64,000 nucleotides of DNA from an uncultured Actinomycetota bacterium. Its GTDB lineage: Bacteria > Actinomycetota > Actinomycetes > Mycobacteriales > Mycobacteriaceae. The notes under the pieces are model-generated. The model saw only the letters and a program-made list of their open reading frames with translations, did not search any database and was not told where the DNA came from. Below are positions 36,130 to 46,668 of the stretch, piece by piece (within the stretch, counting starts at the first letter, position 1; each line of letters opens with the position of its first letter). The translations under genes were made by a program, and so were the position numbers. Where the stretch lies: the NCBI GenBank assembly GCA_963753095.1, contig CAVWBC010000009.1:35417-99416 (forward strand). The letters run 5' to 3'.

Positions 36130-36572
36130 GCCGGCCCGTCGGGCAGCTGGGTGTGGACGAGATCACGCAGGGTGACCGCACTGAGTGGATCCATCGACTC
36201 CTGCACCTCCCGCAGCACCACGGTGACCGTGGTGCGGGTGCAGGACGGCGGGATGACGTACAGCACCGCATCGCGCGAATGCGTTCCGAGCAACAGGATC
36301 GTGTCCCGATGGGTCAGCTGATACGGGTCAACGGGAATGGTCGATTCGCGGCGGATGAGTCGCGACGGTGCGGGCAGCCAACTGCTGGGGTCGTAGACGA
36401 CGCGGCGGATCGGCCCGATCCAGGATCCGAGCACGGCCACCAGATCCGGCAGTTCCACCTGAAGGTTCAGGCTGTTGGGCCACCATGCGCCATCGACCGC
36501 GCCGTGGAATTCGGCGCGTCCACACAATGCGAGGCGAGCTACGTTGGGATCGCCGGACTTCGTGGGTGGCAC
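36126..36572 (-). CDS. DUF5994 family protein
   Basis: RLAL...VDGAWWP.S..L..ELPDLV..L....GPIRRV.Y....W..AP signature; GGAGG RBS. Confidence 0.78.
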   Translation of the reverse strand: MPPTKSGDPNVARLALCGRAEFHGAVDGAWWPNSLNLQVELPDLVAVLGSWIGPIRRVVYDPSSWLPAPSRLIRRESTIPVDPYQLTHRDTILLLGTHSRDAVLYVIPPSCTRTTVTVVLREVQESMDPLSAVTLRDLVHTQLPDGPA

Positions 36573-36658
36573 TAGGCCTCCCGTTCACTGTTCCTGCCGT
36601 CGCACTACCGCGACTCATTCACTGTAAGCGCCGTACGCCGACGGATCCGCGAATCGCC

Positions 36659-37333
36659 TTATCGGCCGCGCAATTGATCGATCAGGTTATAGCCCGACGG
36701 ATCGTCGGGCAGGACCCAGGCGAAGCCCTCCAGAGCAATGATGGCGATGACGTTGGCGGCGATGACGCCGAGGAAGATCCACACGACGACCGTCGAGACC
36801 AGCCGGGCCGGGGTGCCGGCAGCCGGAGCCGCCGGGATGCTCTTGGGCATCAGCATCAACACCACGCCACAGAAGATGAGCACGATGACGAAGGTGACGA
36901 ACGCCCAGGTGTACAGATGCAGCCGGAAGATCGGCTCGCCGTAGCCAGGGTCGCCGGGCTTGATGTGCAGTTCGATCTGGCGCACCGACACCGAGGCGCC
37001 GGCCAGGGCTCCCACGATTCCCATGCCGAGGCCTTGCGCGTAACGCGACGCGGTGAGGGTGCCACGGCGGGCCTGCATGATCACGAACAACGCACCCAAG
37101 GAGGAGAGGAACATCCCGTACCGCTGCAGCATGCACAGCGGGCAGGGGAACTCCCCCATGACGAACTGGATGTAGAACGCGCTGAGCACCACCACGCTGT
37201 ATCCGAGGATCCACGCGTGCAGGCTCCAATAGGCGAGAAAGCCCCACACCCCGCGACCCGGCATCGACGTGTCGTGGTTCTCCGCCGACCGTTCGGCCGC
37301 AACCGGTGCGTGCGCCACGTCCTCCGGAATCAT
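36659..37333 (-). CDS. DsbB-family (DsbI-like) membrane disulfide oxidoreductase
   Basis: QFVMGEFPCPLCMLQR, RQIELHI.PGDPGYG.P...LHLYTWAF, C-terminal LPDDP..Y. Confidence 0.85.
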   Translation of the reverse strand: MIPEDVAHAPVAAERSAENHDTSMPGRGVWGFLAYWSLHAWILGYSVVVLSAFYIQFVMGEFPCPLCMLQRYGMFLSSLGALFVIMQARRGTLTASRYAQGLGMGIVGALAGASVSVRQIELHIKPGDPGYGEPIFRLHLYTWAFVTFVIVLIFCGVVLMLMPKSIPAAPAAGTPARLVSTVVVWIFLGVIAANVIAIIALEGFAWVLPDDPSGYNLIDQLRGR

Positions 37334-37491
37334 CAGAAGCTCAGATCCAGGACGGAGGTGACGTGGTACCGGAACAGGCCCACCACGGCGACGACGCCGA
37401 GGAACCACAGACCGATGACGAGACCCCGCTTGGCACCGCGCCAGATCAGGATGGCGAGCGTCAGTAGCAGCGCCATGATGAGAATGTCCAC
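37333..37491 (-). CDS. Small membrane protein, DUF5993/Dba-like (52 aa, absent from ORF track)
   Basis: GTG start, MDILIMALLLTLAILIWRGAKRGLVIGLWFLGVVAVVGLFRYHVTSVLDLSF; TGATG overlap with the DsbB-like start. Confidence 0.75.
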   Translation of the reverse strand: MDILIMALLLTLAILIWRGAKRGLVIGLWFLGVVAVVGLFRYHVTSVLDLSF

Positions 37492-37560
37492 GGTCGCACA
37501 GTAGGACCCGCCGGGTCCGTCCGGCGCGTTCTCGCAATCTCCGCCGAACTGAGTCCAGCG

Positions 37561-37965
37561 CTACAACGTGGCGGAGTAGGGCCCGAGCACCTGGCAGAGC
37601 GGGGCGGGCAACTGTCCGCCCCAGGCTCCGCACCCCCGGCCCGTCGCAATGTAGGTCAACCCGGGCCGGTAGGGCACAAAGACCTGCGCCGCGTCGGCTC
37701 CGTGCGCCTGGGTGCACTGGTTGCTCAGATCGCTCGCCAGCGGTTGCACACACGCCACGTTCAGGTAGGGGCCGGCACCCGCACCGCAGCCTCCAGTGGA
37801 CGCGGTGGCGGTGACCATGGCGGTGCCGTTGACATCGGTCACCTCCGGCGTCGACAGGGTGAAGGCACACGGCACCGGAGGCTCGGCGTGCGCGACGGCC
37901 ATGCCCGCTGCACCGCACATCGCCACGGTCAGAGCCACCCGAAGAACCATGCTTAGCCGGATCAT
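37561..37965 (-). CDS. Secreted protein with six Cys in the mature part
   Basis: Signal peptide ending AHA-EPP; start codon uncertain (37965 or 37950). Confidence 0.7.
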   Translation of the reverse strand: MIRLSMVLRVALTVAMCGAAGMAVAHAEPPVPCAFTLSTPEVTDVNGTAMVTATASTGGCGAGAGPYLNVACVQPLASDLSNQCTQAHGADAAQVFVPYRPGLTYIATGRGCGAWGGQLPAPLCQVLGPYSATL

Positions 37966-38360
37966 GCCTGGATGGTAGATCACCGTGAGCGCGTGCCGAT
38001 CGGGATTGAGCAGGCCAGGTCCCACCATCGGCCGGCGCACCTGTTTCACCGCAATGACCTCGCCGCAAGACCCGTTATGGCGGTGATGACCTCGAAGTCT
38101 GCATCTCGGTGAATGACGCTGACGCGGTGGCGAATGGATACCGCGGCAATCAGGCAGTCGTTCATACTTCGGATCGTGTGCCGGCCCGGAGAGCGGCCCG
38201 GTAAATCACTGCAGCGCTACGAAAGTCCAATGCGTCATCAAGTTTCAGCGATAGCAACCCATTCACCAGTTGCTCTAGCCTGGCGTGCCTGGTGTCATCG
38301 GCATGGAAGGGTTCCCGGTGATCGAATCCGCCCGGTGGCGTGCCGCCGGTTGTGCCGTCG

Positions 38361-39039
38361 TCAATCAGTGCTGCCAGCGCCGCCATCGGCGTGGTGGTCG
38401 TACAGGCGTACGCGGACGATGTGCTCGACGAGGATCGGGACGAACGCTTGGATCGGTGCCTCGCGGAACTGTTCGGCGGCTTCGGCGACCCACCCGGAGA
38501 TCAACGCGGCCTCCCGGGGGTCGGTGTTGCCGGGTAGCCGGGCAAGTCGCGTTGCCACCTCATCGATTGAGGTCGCCGCGGCCTTGTCAGCGTTAGTGGC
38601 CGGACCACCATCGTCGTGCTCGTCGGAATCATGAGCGGCCGCCGCTGCGATCAACTCTGCGGCAGTTGCCGGGTTGGTCTCGGGTGGCACGACGAGCATC
38701 GTCACCCGCCGCCCACTGTCATCGACCACGACCAACGTCGGAGGACCAGATGAGACGAAGCCCTGCAGGTGCACCGGGTGCCCGTCAGACCTCGAGGTGA
38801 CCGGGTACAGGGTCCCAGGCGTCGCGGTGATAGCCGATGAGCGCTATCGGACCGAGCTGCGCGGACAGCGCTTCGAGCAGCGGCGGCAACTCGTCCGGCA
38901 GATCGGTGGAACGGGGCCACCAGGCTCCGTCCAGGTAGGGATCGGGTTTGTCCGGGTCGAGCTGCAGCCGCGGCGCCGTCGGCGCAGCGGGGCTGCCGGC
39001 GGGGGCCGCTGATCGGACGGCGTTCGGGTTCGGTGTCAT
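38361..39039 (-). CDS. DUF5994 protein fused to a C-terminal three-helix-bundle domain, frameshift near 38788
   Basis: YLDGAWWPRSTDLPDELP..., continuing in another frame as HLQGF...TMLVVPP...AAEQFREAPIQAFVPILVEHIVRVRL; AAGGAG RBS. Confidence 0.72.
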
Positions 39040-39183
39040 GCGGCTTACTCCTTAGCCCGGTCAACAGATGACCGGGAAGATGCCGAGAAACCGCTCAGCG
39101 GAAACGCCAGGCGCTTCAGGGCTCGATGCGCTCGAGCGTAGCCCGCCGGGGTGGACGGTAAGTGAACTCCGAGTCGCCAACCA

Positions 39184-40238
39184 TCATGGCTGTCGAGCCG
39201 CGGTGAGCAGGACCTTCAACGCTCCGGTCTTGGCGGCGTCGGCGAAGACGTCATATGCGGTCTCGAATTCGTCGAGGCCGAATCGGTGCGTGACCATCGG
39301 TGTGGTGTCGAGGCGGTGGCTGGCGACCAGCCCGATAAGCGTTGGCGTGGAATAGGTGTCGACCAGTCCGGTGGTGATGGTCAGGTTCTTGATCCAGATG
39401 TCTTCCAGGTGCAGGGTCGCCGGCGCGCCGTGCACACCGATGTTGGCGACGTGCCCGCCGGGACGAACCAGCCGCACCGCCTGCTCGAACGTCTGCTGGC
39501 AGGCCGACGGCCTCCATCGTCACATCGGCTCCCAGTCCGCCGGTCAGTGCACCGATCACCGCCGCGGCATCGTCGCGGTCATTGTTGACCACGGTGTCGG
39601 CGCCGAACTTGCGCGCCGCCTCCAGCCGGGAGTCGGCCAGATCGATCGCCACGATGTGGCTGGGGCTGAACAGTTGCGCGGTCATGATCGCGGCCAGCCC
39701 GATGGGTCCTGCACCGATGATCGCGACGACGTCGGCCGGGACGGACCGCGCCGTTGAGCACTCCCACCTCGTAGGCGGTCGGCAGAATGTCGGCAAGCAC
39801 GATCATCTGCTCGTCGGTGACTCCGTCAGGGACCTTGTAGGTGGAGTTGTCGGCGAACGGAACCCGCACATATTCGGCTTGAGTGCCGTCGATCAGGTGG
39901 CCGAGGATCCAGCCGCCGCCGCCAAGGCACTGCCCATAGCTGCCGTCGCGGCAGTAACGGCAGCTGCCGCACGACGAGACACACGAGACCAGAACCCGAT
40001 CGCCGACGGCGACTTTCTGCACCGACGAGCCGACCTCGGTGACGGTGCCGACGGCCTCGTGGCCGAGGATTCGGCCCGGAGTCACTTCGGGCACGTCGCC
40101 GCCGAGGATGTGCAGATCGGTACCACAGATCGTGACAGCGTCGACCCGTACCACCGCGTCGGTCGGTTCGTGGATGGTGGCGTCGGGCACATCTTCCCAA
40201 GACCTGCTGCCCGGACCGTGATACACCAGCGCCTTCAT
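39184..40238 (-). CDS. Zinc-dependent alcohol dehydrogenase, frameshifted
   Basis: [25 protein letters not shown]-x2-C-x2-C-x7-C, GAGPIG, THRF...AYDVF. Confidence 0.9.
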
Positions 40239-40398
40239 GTGTGTTGTCCTTCTTTCGATGTACCGGTCGGCTGCCGCGGGTGCGACCAGTGACCGAGGAG
40301 CCGAATCCGGTTGGGGCGGGTCGAGCGGGCTCGGCGCGACGCCACCGCTGCGCCGACGATCACGGCGACGAGCAAAACAACTGATCCGACGATGGCGG

Positions 40399-40890
40399 TC
40401 AGGTCGAGGCCTCGGATTCTCTTGCCGGAGCGGGATGTCGAGACGATTCCGCCGCGCGTCCGGGCCGCGTTGCATTCCAGGTCCAGTTGCGGATTTCGGG
40501 GTGGTCCTTGCCGTGGGTGTTGATGTAGAGGGTGTGTTCGACGAGTTTGTCGGCCATGTTCTGTTTGAGGTAGTCGCCGGTGGCGCCGAGTGCGGCAGCC
40601 GATCGATGACATCGCTGACGAGGTGGTAGCGGTCGAGTTTGTTCTGGACCCGCATGTCGAAGGGGGTCGTGATGGTTCCTTCTTCGTTGTAGCCGCGCAC
40701 GTGCAGGTTGTGGTTGGTCCTGCGGTAGGTGAGTCGGTGGATGAGGGTGGGGTAGCCGTGGAAGGCGAAGATGATGTTTTGTCTGCTGAACAACGCGTCG
40801 TAGTCGCGGTCGCTGAGTCCTGCGGGTGATCGCTGGCCGACTGCAACTTCATCAGGTCATGACGTTGACGAGCGGATCTTCAATCGGCAA
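40399..40890 (-). pseudogene. xfp: Phosphoketolase (Xfp) C-terminal remnant
   Basis: [41 protein letters not shown]...DRYHLV...[10 protein letters not shown]; the N-terminal bulk of the protein is absent. Confidence 0.85.
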
Positions 40891-40939
40891 ACCATCCAGA
40901 TGCTGTAAACGAACAGCGGGAGGAACTGCACCACGATGC

Positions 40940-41804
40940 TCACGGCCGGCTCCCGGCGGCGGACGTCCCGTTGGCCACTGCCGCAGCCGGTTTCGGGACG
41001 GGGATCGGCGGCTGTGGCTCCGGCTGGGCCGCGGCGGCGCCCTCGCGGGCCAGGAACGCGCCGAGTTCGGCGATGGTCGACATCAGGGGAGCCGGGAAGA
41101 CGACGGTGGTGTTCTTGTCGACGCCGAGTTCGACGAGGGTCTGCAGGTTCCGCAACTGCAGAGCCAGGGGGTGGGCCATCATGGTGTCCGAGGCGTCCCC
41201 CAGCGCAGCTGCTGCCAAGGATTCGCCTTCGGCGTTGATGATTTTCGCGCGTTTCTCCCGCTCCGCCTCGGCCTGGCGCGCCATCGCCCGTTTCATGCTG
41301 TCGGGCAGTTGAATGTCTTTGAGCTCCACCAGCGTGACCTGAACGCCCCACTCGATGGTGGTCACGTCGAGGATGTCCTGGATGTCAAGGTTGATCTTGT
41401 CTGTCTCCGAAAGGGTCTCATCGAGGGTGTGCTGGCCGACCACTTTGCGCAGCGTCGTCTGAGCGATCTGGTCGATCGCCGCCCCGACGTTCTCGATCGC
41501 GACGACCGACTTCACCGCATCGACGACCTTGAAGTAGGCCACCGCCGAGACGTCGACACTGACGTTGTCGCGGGTGATGATGCCCTGGGACTGGATCGGC
41601 ATCGTCACGATCCGCAGCGAAATCCGATGCAGCACATCAACGAACGGGATGATGAACCGCAAACCAGGAGTGCGTTCTCCAACCACGCGGCCCAGCCGGA
41701 ACAGCACACCGCTTTCGTACTGCTTGACGATTCGCACCGACATCGCAAGTACCCAGCAATACCAGGACCGCCAGAACAGCGAGCACTGCAATCAGCGTGC
41801 TCAT
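40940..41804 (-). CDS. Slipin/stomatin-like SPFH protein, frameshift in the N-terminal TM
   Basis: [58 protein letters not shown]. Confidence 0.9.
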
Positions 41805-41883
41805 CGCCGGTCACCCCTCGAATCGGCCGACGAGGCGCAGCGTGATCGAGCAGAAGAATCTGAAGGCGAAACGAGTGAAGTGG

Positions 41884-42016
41884 TCATGGTGATCCCGACG
41901 TCAAGACGATCACCGGCGCGTCACGGCTCGGAGCCAAAGCTCCTCAAGTTCTGCGGCGGACAGCCGAACTCATCCCGGACCAGCTGACATTCTCAGCCAC
42001 CTGCAACGCTACACCC
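41884..42016 (-). promoter_or_regulatory. Structured leader element, copy A (promoter + candidate cis-regulatory RNA)
   Basis: TAGCGT -10; hairpins TGGCTGA/TCAGCTG, GAGTTCGGC/GCCG..AACTT, GGAGC/GCTCC, GGTGATC/GATCACC, then ATG; repeated at 43816 and 58075. Confidence 0.75.
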
Positions 42017-42222
42017 CCTCGGTGACTCCGCCTGGCGCCGATCAGCGCCCGAAGTCCTGTCCTCGGGTCGGGGGAACGCCGATCGCCCTGCCGTGCGCAG
42101 GCAATGCGATCATGTTGTGCGCCAGTGCTATTGGGGCCTTCATCTTCCGAGGAACCGGAAGCCCCCAACCTTTCAGCCCCGGCCGCAGGTATCCACGAGC
42201 TGCGACCCTGCCACAAAGTTTG

Positions 42223-42259
42223 AGTCAGTGGACATCGATATACTCGAACACATGTTCGA
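42223..42259 (+). promoter_or_regulatory. LexA SOS box overlapping the start codon, plus PafBC-type (RecA-NDp) promoter
   Basis: TCGAAC-ACAT-GTTCGA at 42244-42259 (perfect mycobacterial SOS box); AGTCAG-N10-TATACT (42223-42244) resembles TGTCGG-N10-TANNNT; ATG 7 nt after -10, so likely leaderless. Confidence 0.85.
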
Positions 42260-43823
42260 TAGTGGGCTTAGGTCGGCCAGTGACGCCGCCGTCGTCACCG
42301 CGATCGAGGACCTGGCCCGCGAGGAAGCCAGGACCGCCGCGAGGCGGGTCGCGGCGATCAGCGAGCTGGTGCGCCGTCGGTGCGGCGACGACGAGCGCGC
42401 GTACTGGTCCTGCGATCCCTGGGATGCGGCAGCGGCGGAAATCGCTGCCGCCCTGGGCATCAGCCGCGGCCGCGCCTCCGGGGAGATGCACCTCGGCCTC
42501 TCGCTGCGATATCGACTACCGCGGGTGGCCGATCTGTTCCTGGCAGGGCACCTCAGCTATCGGGTGTGCGCCGCGATCGCCTCGCGCACCGACCTCATCC
42601 AAGACGAAACAGCACTCGACCTGATCGATACTGCGATCGCCGAGCACGCCCGGTCGTGGGGCTTGCTGTCGGCCTACACGCTCGAGAAGTCAATCGACGC
42701 CTGGGTCGACAGAATCGACCCCGGCGCACTCCACCAGACCCGATCCAGAGCCCGCGACCGCGACTTTCAGTTCGGTTCCCGGGAAGACGCGGCGGGAACG
42801 ACGACCGCGCGGGGCCGGCTGTTCGCCACCGATGCCGCTCTCCTCGACCGCCGCCTGATGCAGATGGCCCGCGGAGTCTGCGACGACGACCCCCGGACCA
42901 TCGGTCAACGTCGCGCCGACGCACTCGGCGCATTGGCGGCCGGCTCGGACCGTCTCGCCTGCAGGTGCGGTTCGCCAACCTGCCCGGCAGCCGACGACGA
43001 CCGCCGCGCTGCCAGTGTGGTCGTGCACGTGGTGACCGACGCCGACGCGGCCAACATCGCACCGGATCCGGCCATGTCGGGAGAGGGCATCGCATCCGAC
43101 GACGGAGCACCGATGAAACGCTCGGTGGCGACGCTGACCGGCCGCGGCGGGATCGTTCCTACCCCGCTGCTGGCCGAACTCATCCAGTCAGGCGCCAAGG
43201 TCCGCCACCTTCGTCGGCCGTCGGACGATGCCGAACCGGGTTATCGGCCCTCGACAGCACTCGACGAATTCGTCCGGTTCCGGGACCTCACCTGCCGCTT
43301 CCCGAACTGCGACGTACCCGCCGAGTTCTGCGACATCGACCACACCATCCCATGGCCGCTAGGCCCGACTCACCCGTCGAATCTCAAGTGCGCGTGTCGA
43401 AAAGACCACTTGCTCAAGACGTTCTGGGACGGATGGTCGGACCGGCAGTTTCCCGATGGCACCGTCGAGTGGACGTCACCAACCGGCAAAACCTACGTGA
43501 CGCACCCCGGGAGCCGAGTGTTGTTCCCGCAATGGAACATCACGACGGGCACACTGCCACCACAGCAGATCGCCCCGTCACACGCACGCACGCTGATGAT
43601 GCCGACTCGGCGACGAACACGGGCCGAGAATCAGGCATACCGCATCAAATATGAACGCGCCCTCAACGACGTATACGTCGCCGAACGAAACCGCCCGCCA
43701 CCGTTCTACTACGCGCCGGTCGGGCATCGCCGAGCGCTCGGTGGTTTGTGGCCGTGGGCACACAGCGGTTTCCCAGAAAGCTGGCCTCCGGTCAACGCGG
43801 TAGATCGCGCCCGCGGGGTGTAG
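42252..43823 (+). CDS. DUF222 + HNH endonuclease-domain protein (REP13E12 family)
   Basis: [85 protein letters not shown]. Confidence 0.92.
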   Translation: MFDSGLRSASDAAVVTAIEDLAREEARTAARRVAAISELVRRRCGDDERAYWSCDPWDAAAAEIAAALGISRGRASGEMHLGLSLRYRLPRVADLFLAGHLSYRVCAAIASRTDLIQDETALDLIDTAIAEHARSWGLLSAYTLEKSIDAWVDRIDPGALHQTRSRARDRDFQFGSREDAAGTTTARGRLFATDAALLDRRLMQMARGVCDDDPRTIGQRRADALGALAAGSDRLACRCGSPTCPAADDDRRAASVVVHVVTDADAANIAPDPAMSGEGIASDDGAPMKRSVATLTGRGGIVPTPLLAELIQSGAKVRHLRRPSDDAEPGYRPSTALDEFVRFRDLTCRFPNCDVPAEFCDIDHTIPWPLGPTHPSNLKCACRKDHLLKTFWDGWSDRQFPDGTVEWTSPTGKTYVTHPGSRVLFPQWNITTGTLPPQQIAPSHARTLMMPTRRRTRAENQAYRIKYERALNDVYVAERNRPPPFYYAPVGHRRALGGLWPWAHSGFPESWPPVNAVDRARGV

Positions 43824-43944
43824 CGTCGGGCATGGTTGAGCACCTCAGCCAGTCCGGGATGGGTCGGCTGTCCGCTGCTGCCCTTTGGTGAGAGCCGCAC
43901 GCGCCGGCCTCCGGTGACAGCCGCACCTACTGGGATGCACCATG
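43816..43944 (+). promoter_or_regulatory. Structured leader element, copy B (divergent)
   Basis: GGGTGTAGCGT-N6-TGGTTGAG/CTCAGCCA-GTCCGGGATG-GGTCGGCTGTCCGCTG..GCCC...ACGCGCCGG...CCGGTG...GGGATGCACC-ATG. Confidence 0.68.
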
Positions 43945-44065
43945 GAAATCTGCCCGCGCCGCTAACCCCATTGACGTTCACGCCCTGTTTTTTACGTTCG
44001 GTTCACTGGTGCGCCGGCGTCCTGCGACCCTTCGACACACTCCCCACAGATGCGGACTGCCCGCG

Positions 44066-46566
44066 ATGACCACTGACACGCCGCACCACTCGGCGGGCAC
44101 GCACCGAACCGGATACCGGTTTGAAGTCAGCGCCGATGGCCGAGGTCGAGAAACAACTTGGTTACTCGCCGGACGGGCTCAGTACAGCTGAGGCGGCGAA
44201 GCGGTTGGCGCAGTACGGGCCCAACGAGATCGCCGAGCACAAGACCAACCCGCTGTTGAAGTTCCTCAGCTATTTCTGGGGTCCGATCCCGTGGATGATC
44301 GAGATCGCCGTCATCCTGTCGGGCGCGGTCGGGCACTGGCCGGATTTCTTCATCATCCTGCTGCTGCTGGTGGCCAACGGGGTGGTCGGATACACCGAAG
44401 AACGGCAGGCCGGCAACGCCATCGAGGCGCTGAAAGCCAAGCTGGCGATCAACGCCCGCGTCATCCGCGACGGCGCGTGGATCACCGCGCCGGCGCGCGA
44501 GCTGGTGCCCGGTGATGTCATCCGGCTGCGCCTGGGTGACATCGTCCCCGCCGACGCCCGACTGCTCGACGGCGACGAGATCGAGGTCGATCAGTCCGCG
44601 CTGACCGGGGAGTCGCTGCCCGCCACCTGCACACACCGGTGACGCGGTGTTCTCCGGGTCCATCGTCCGGCAAGGCGAGATCGGTGCCCTGATCTATGCC
44701 ACCGGCGCCGACACCTACTTCGGCAAGACCGCCGAACTGGTGACCGACGCACACACCGTCAGCCACTTTCAGCGGGCCGTGCTCAAGATCGGCAACTACC
44801 TGATCATCCTGGCTGTCGTGCTGGTCGCGGTCATCATCGTCGCCTCCCTGCTGCGCGGTAACGCGATCCTGACCACTCTGCAGTTCGCGCTGGTGCTGAC
44901 CGTGGCGGCGATCCCGGTGGCGATGCCGACGGTGCTGTCGGTGACGATGGCCGTCGGGGCGCGTCTGCTGGCCAAGAAACAGGCCATCGTCAGCCGGCTG
45001 GTCGCCATCGAGGAACTCGCCGGCGTGGACGTGCTGTGCGCGGACAAGACCGGCACCCTGACCCAGAATGCCCTGACGTTGGGCACCCCGTTCGCCGTCG
45101 ACGGCGTCACCGCGGCGACCGTGATCCTCGACGGCGCGTTGGCCTCCCGCGCCGACAACGACGACCCCATCGACCGGGCGGTGCTCGGCGGACTCGACGA
45201 CGACCACAGCCCTGCAGGGCTACACGATCACCCATTCGCACCGTTCGACCCGGTGCACAAACGCACCGAGGCCAGCGTCACCGCCGCCGACGGGACCACG
45301 TTCACGGTCACCAAAGGCGCCCCGCAAGTCATCCTGGCGCTGGCCGCCAACGCCGCACAGATCACAGCGGCCGTCGACGCCGCTGTCGACGATTTCGCCG
45401 CCCGCGGCTTCCGGTCCCTGGGCGTGGCCCGCGCCGACGGCGACGGCGACTGGCAGTTCGTCGGTGTCCTGCCGCTGTTCGATCCACCCCGTGACGACGC
45501 GGCAGCCACCATCTCCACCGCGCGGGCGATGGGCGTCTCCGTCAAGATGGTGACCGGTGATGCGCTGGCCATCGCCAAGGAAACCGCCGCCAAGGTCGGT
45601 TTGGGCACCGACATCCTCGACGCCACCGGCCTGGGCGATACGAAGAAGGATGAATCGGCGGCGGTAGGCGAATCGATCGAGACCGCCGACGGTTTCGCCC
45701 AGGTCTTCCCCGAGCACAAGTACCACATCGTCGACGTCCTGCAGAAACGCGGCCACATCGTCGGGATGACCGGCGACGGGGTCAACGACGCCCCCGCGCT
45801 GAAGAAGGCGGACTGCGGCATCGCCGTGTCCGGGGCCACCGACGCCGCCCGCGCGGCCGCCGACATCGTGCTGCTGACCCCGGGACTGTCGGTGATCATC
45901 GACGCGATCAAAGAGAGCCGCAAGATCTTTCAGCGGATGAACAGCTACGCGATCTACCGCATCGCCGAAACGCTGCGGGTGCTGCTGTTCATGACCGTCG
46001 CGATCCTGGTGTTCAACTTCTACCCGCTGACCGCGATCATGATCGTGATGCTCGCGCTGCTCAACGACGGCGCGATCCTGTCCATCGCCTACGACAATGT
46101 CCACTACCGCAACGAGCCCGAAGCCTGGAACATGCGGATGGTGCTCGGCATCGCCACCGTGCTGGGCGTGATCGGACCGATCGCCGCGTTCGGCCTGTTC
46201 TATCTGGGCGACCGCGTCTTCGACCTCGGCCACCCACGCGTGCAGACCCTGATGTACCTCATGCTCTCCGTCGCCGGGCACCTCACCATCTTCCTGACCC
46301 GCACCCGCGGACCGTTCTGGTCCATCCGCCCCGCCCGCATCCTGCTGATCGCCGTCCTCGGCACCCAGGCCATCGCCACCCTCATCGCCGTCTACGGACT
46401 GTTCATGGCCCCGCTCGGCTGGAAATGGGCGGCCCTGGTCTGGGCATACGCCCTGGCGTGGTTCCTCATCAGCGACCGCGTCAAACTCCTCGCCTACCGC
46501 ATCCTCGATCCGGTGAAAACCCGGGAGGACCAGGCCGAAAGGCGCGCAGCCACCGGTCATGTGTGA
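44066..46566 (+). CDS. Plasma-membrane proton-efflux P-type ATPase (P3A), frameshifts near 44100 and 44635
   Basis: GPNEI, FWGPIPWMIE, DQSALTGES, AAIPVAMP, DKTGTLT, LFDPPR, MVTGD, FPEHKY, GDGVNDAPALKKA, ALLNDGAIL. Confidence 0.9.
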
Positions 46567-46668
46567 AGGAGGTCCACTGGTGGAATCCGTTCACCAAGCC
46601 GGATTTCGGCCCGCAGGCGTGCGGACCGTTCCGAGCAATGAGAACTTCGACCCAAGCGGGAGGCAACG

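Noticed and set aside
38162-38386. 74-aa ORF downstream of the DUF5994 fusion
   Set aside because: No RBS or recognisable motif; cannot be supported from sequence alone
41944-42000. Leaderless peptide [18 protein letters not shown] inside the leader
   Set aside because: Length differs in copy C and the frame is not preserved in copy B, while base pairing is
41884-42016. Leader copies interpreted as IS/MITE ends, CRISPR repeats, tRNA or canonical ANTAR dual hexaloops
   Set aside because: No transposase, target duplication, spacer array or cloverleaf; loops are not GNNGNN hexaloops; ends coincide with a -10 box and an ATG
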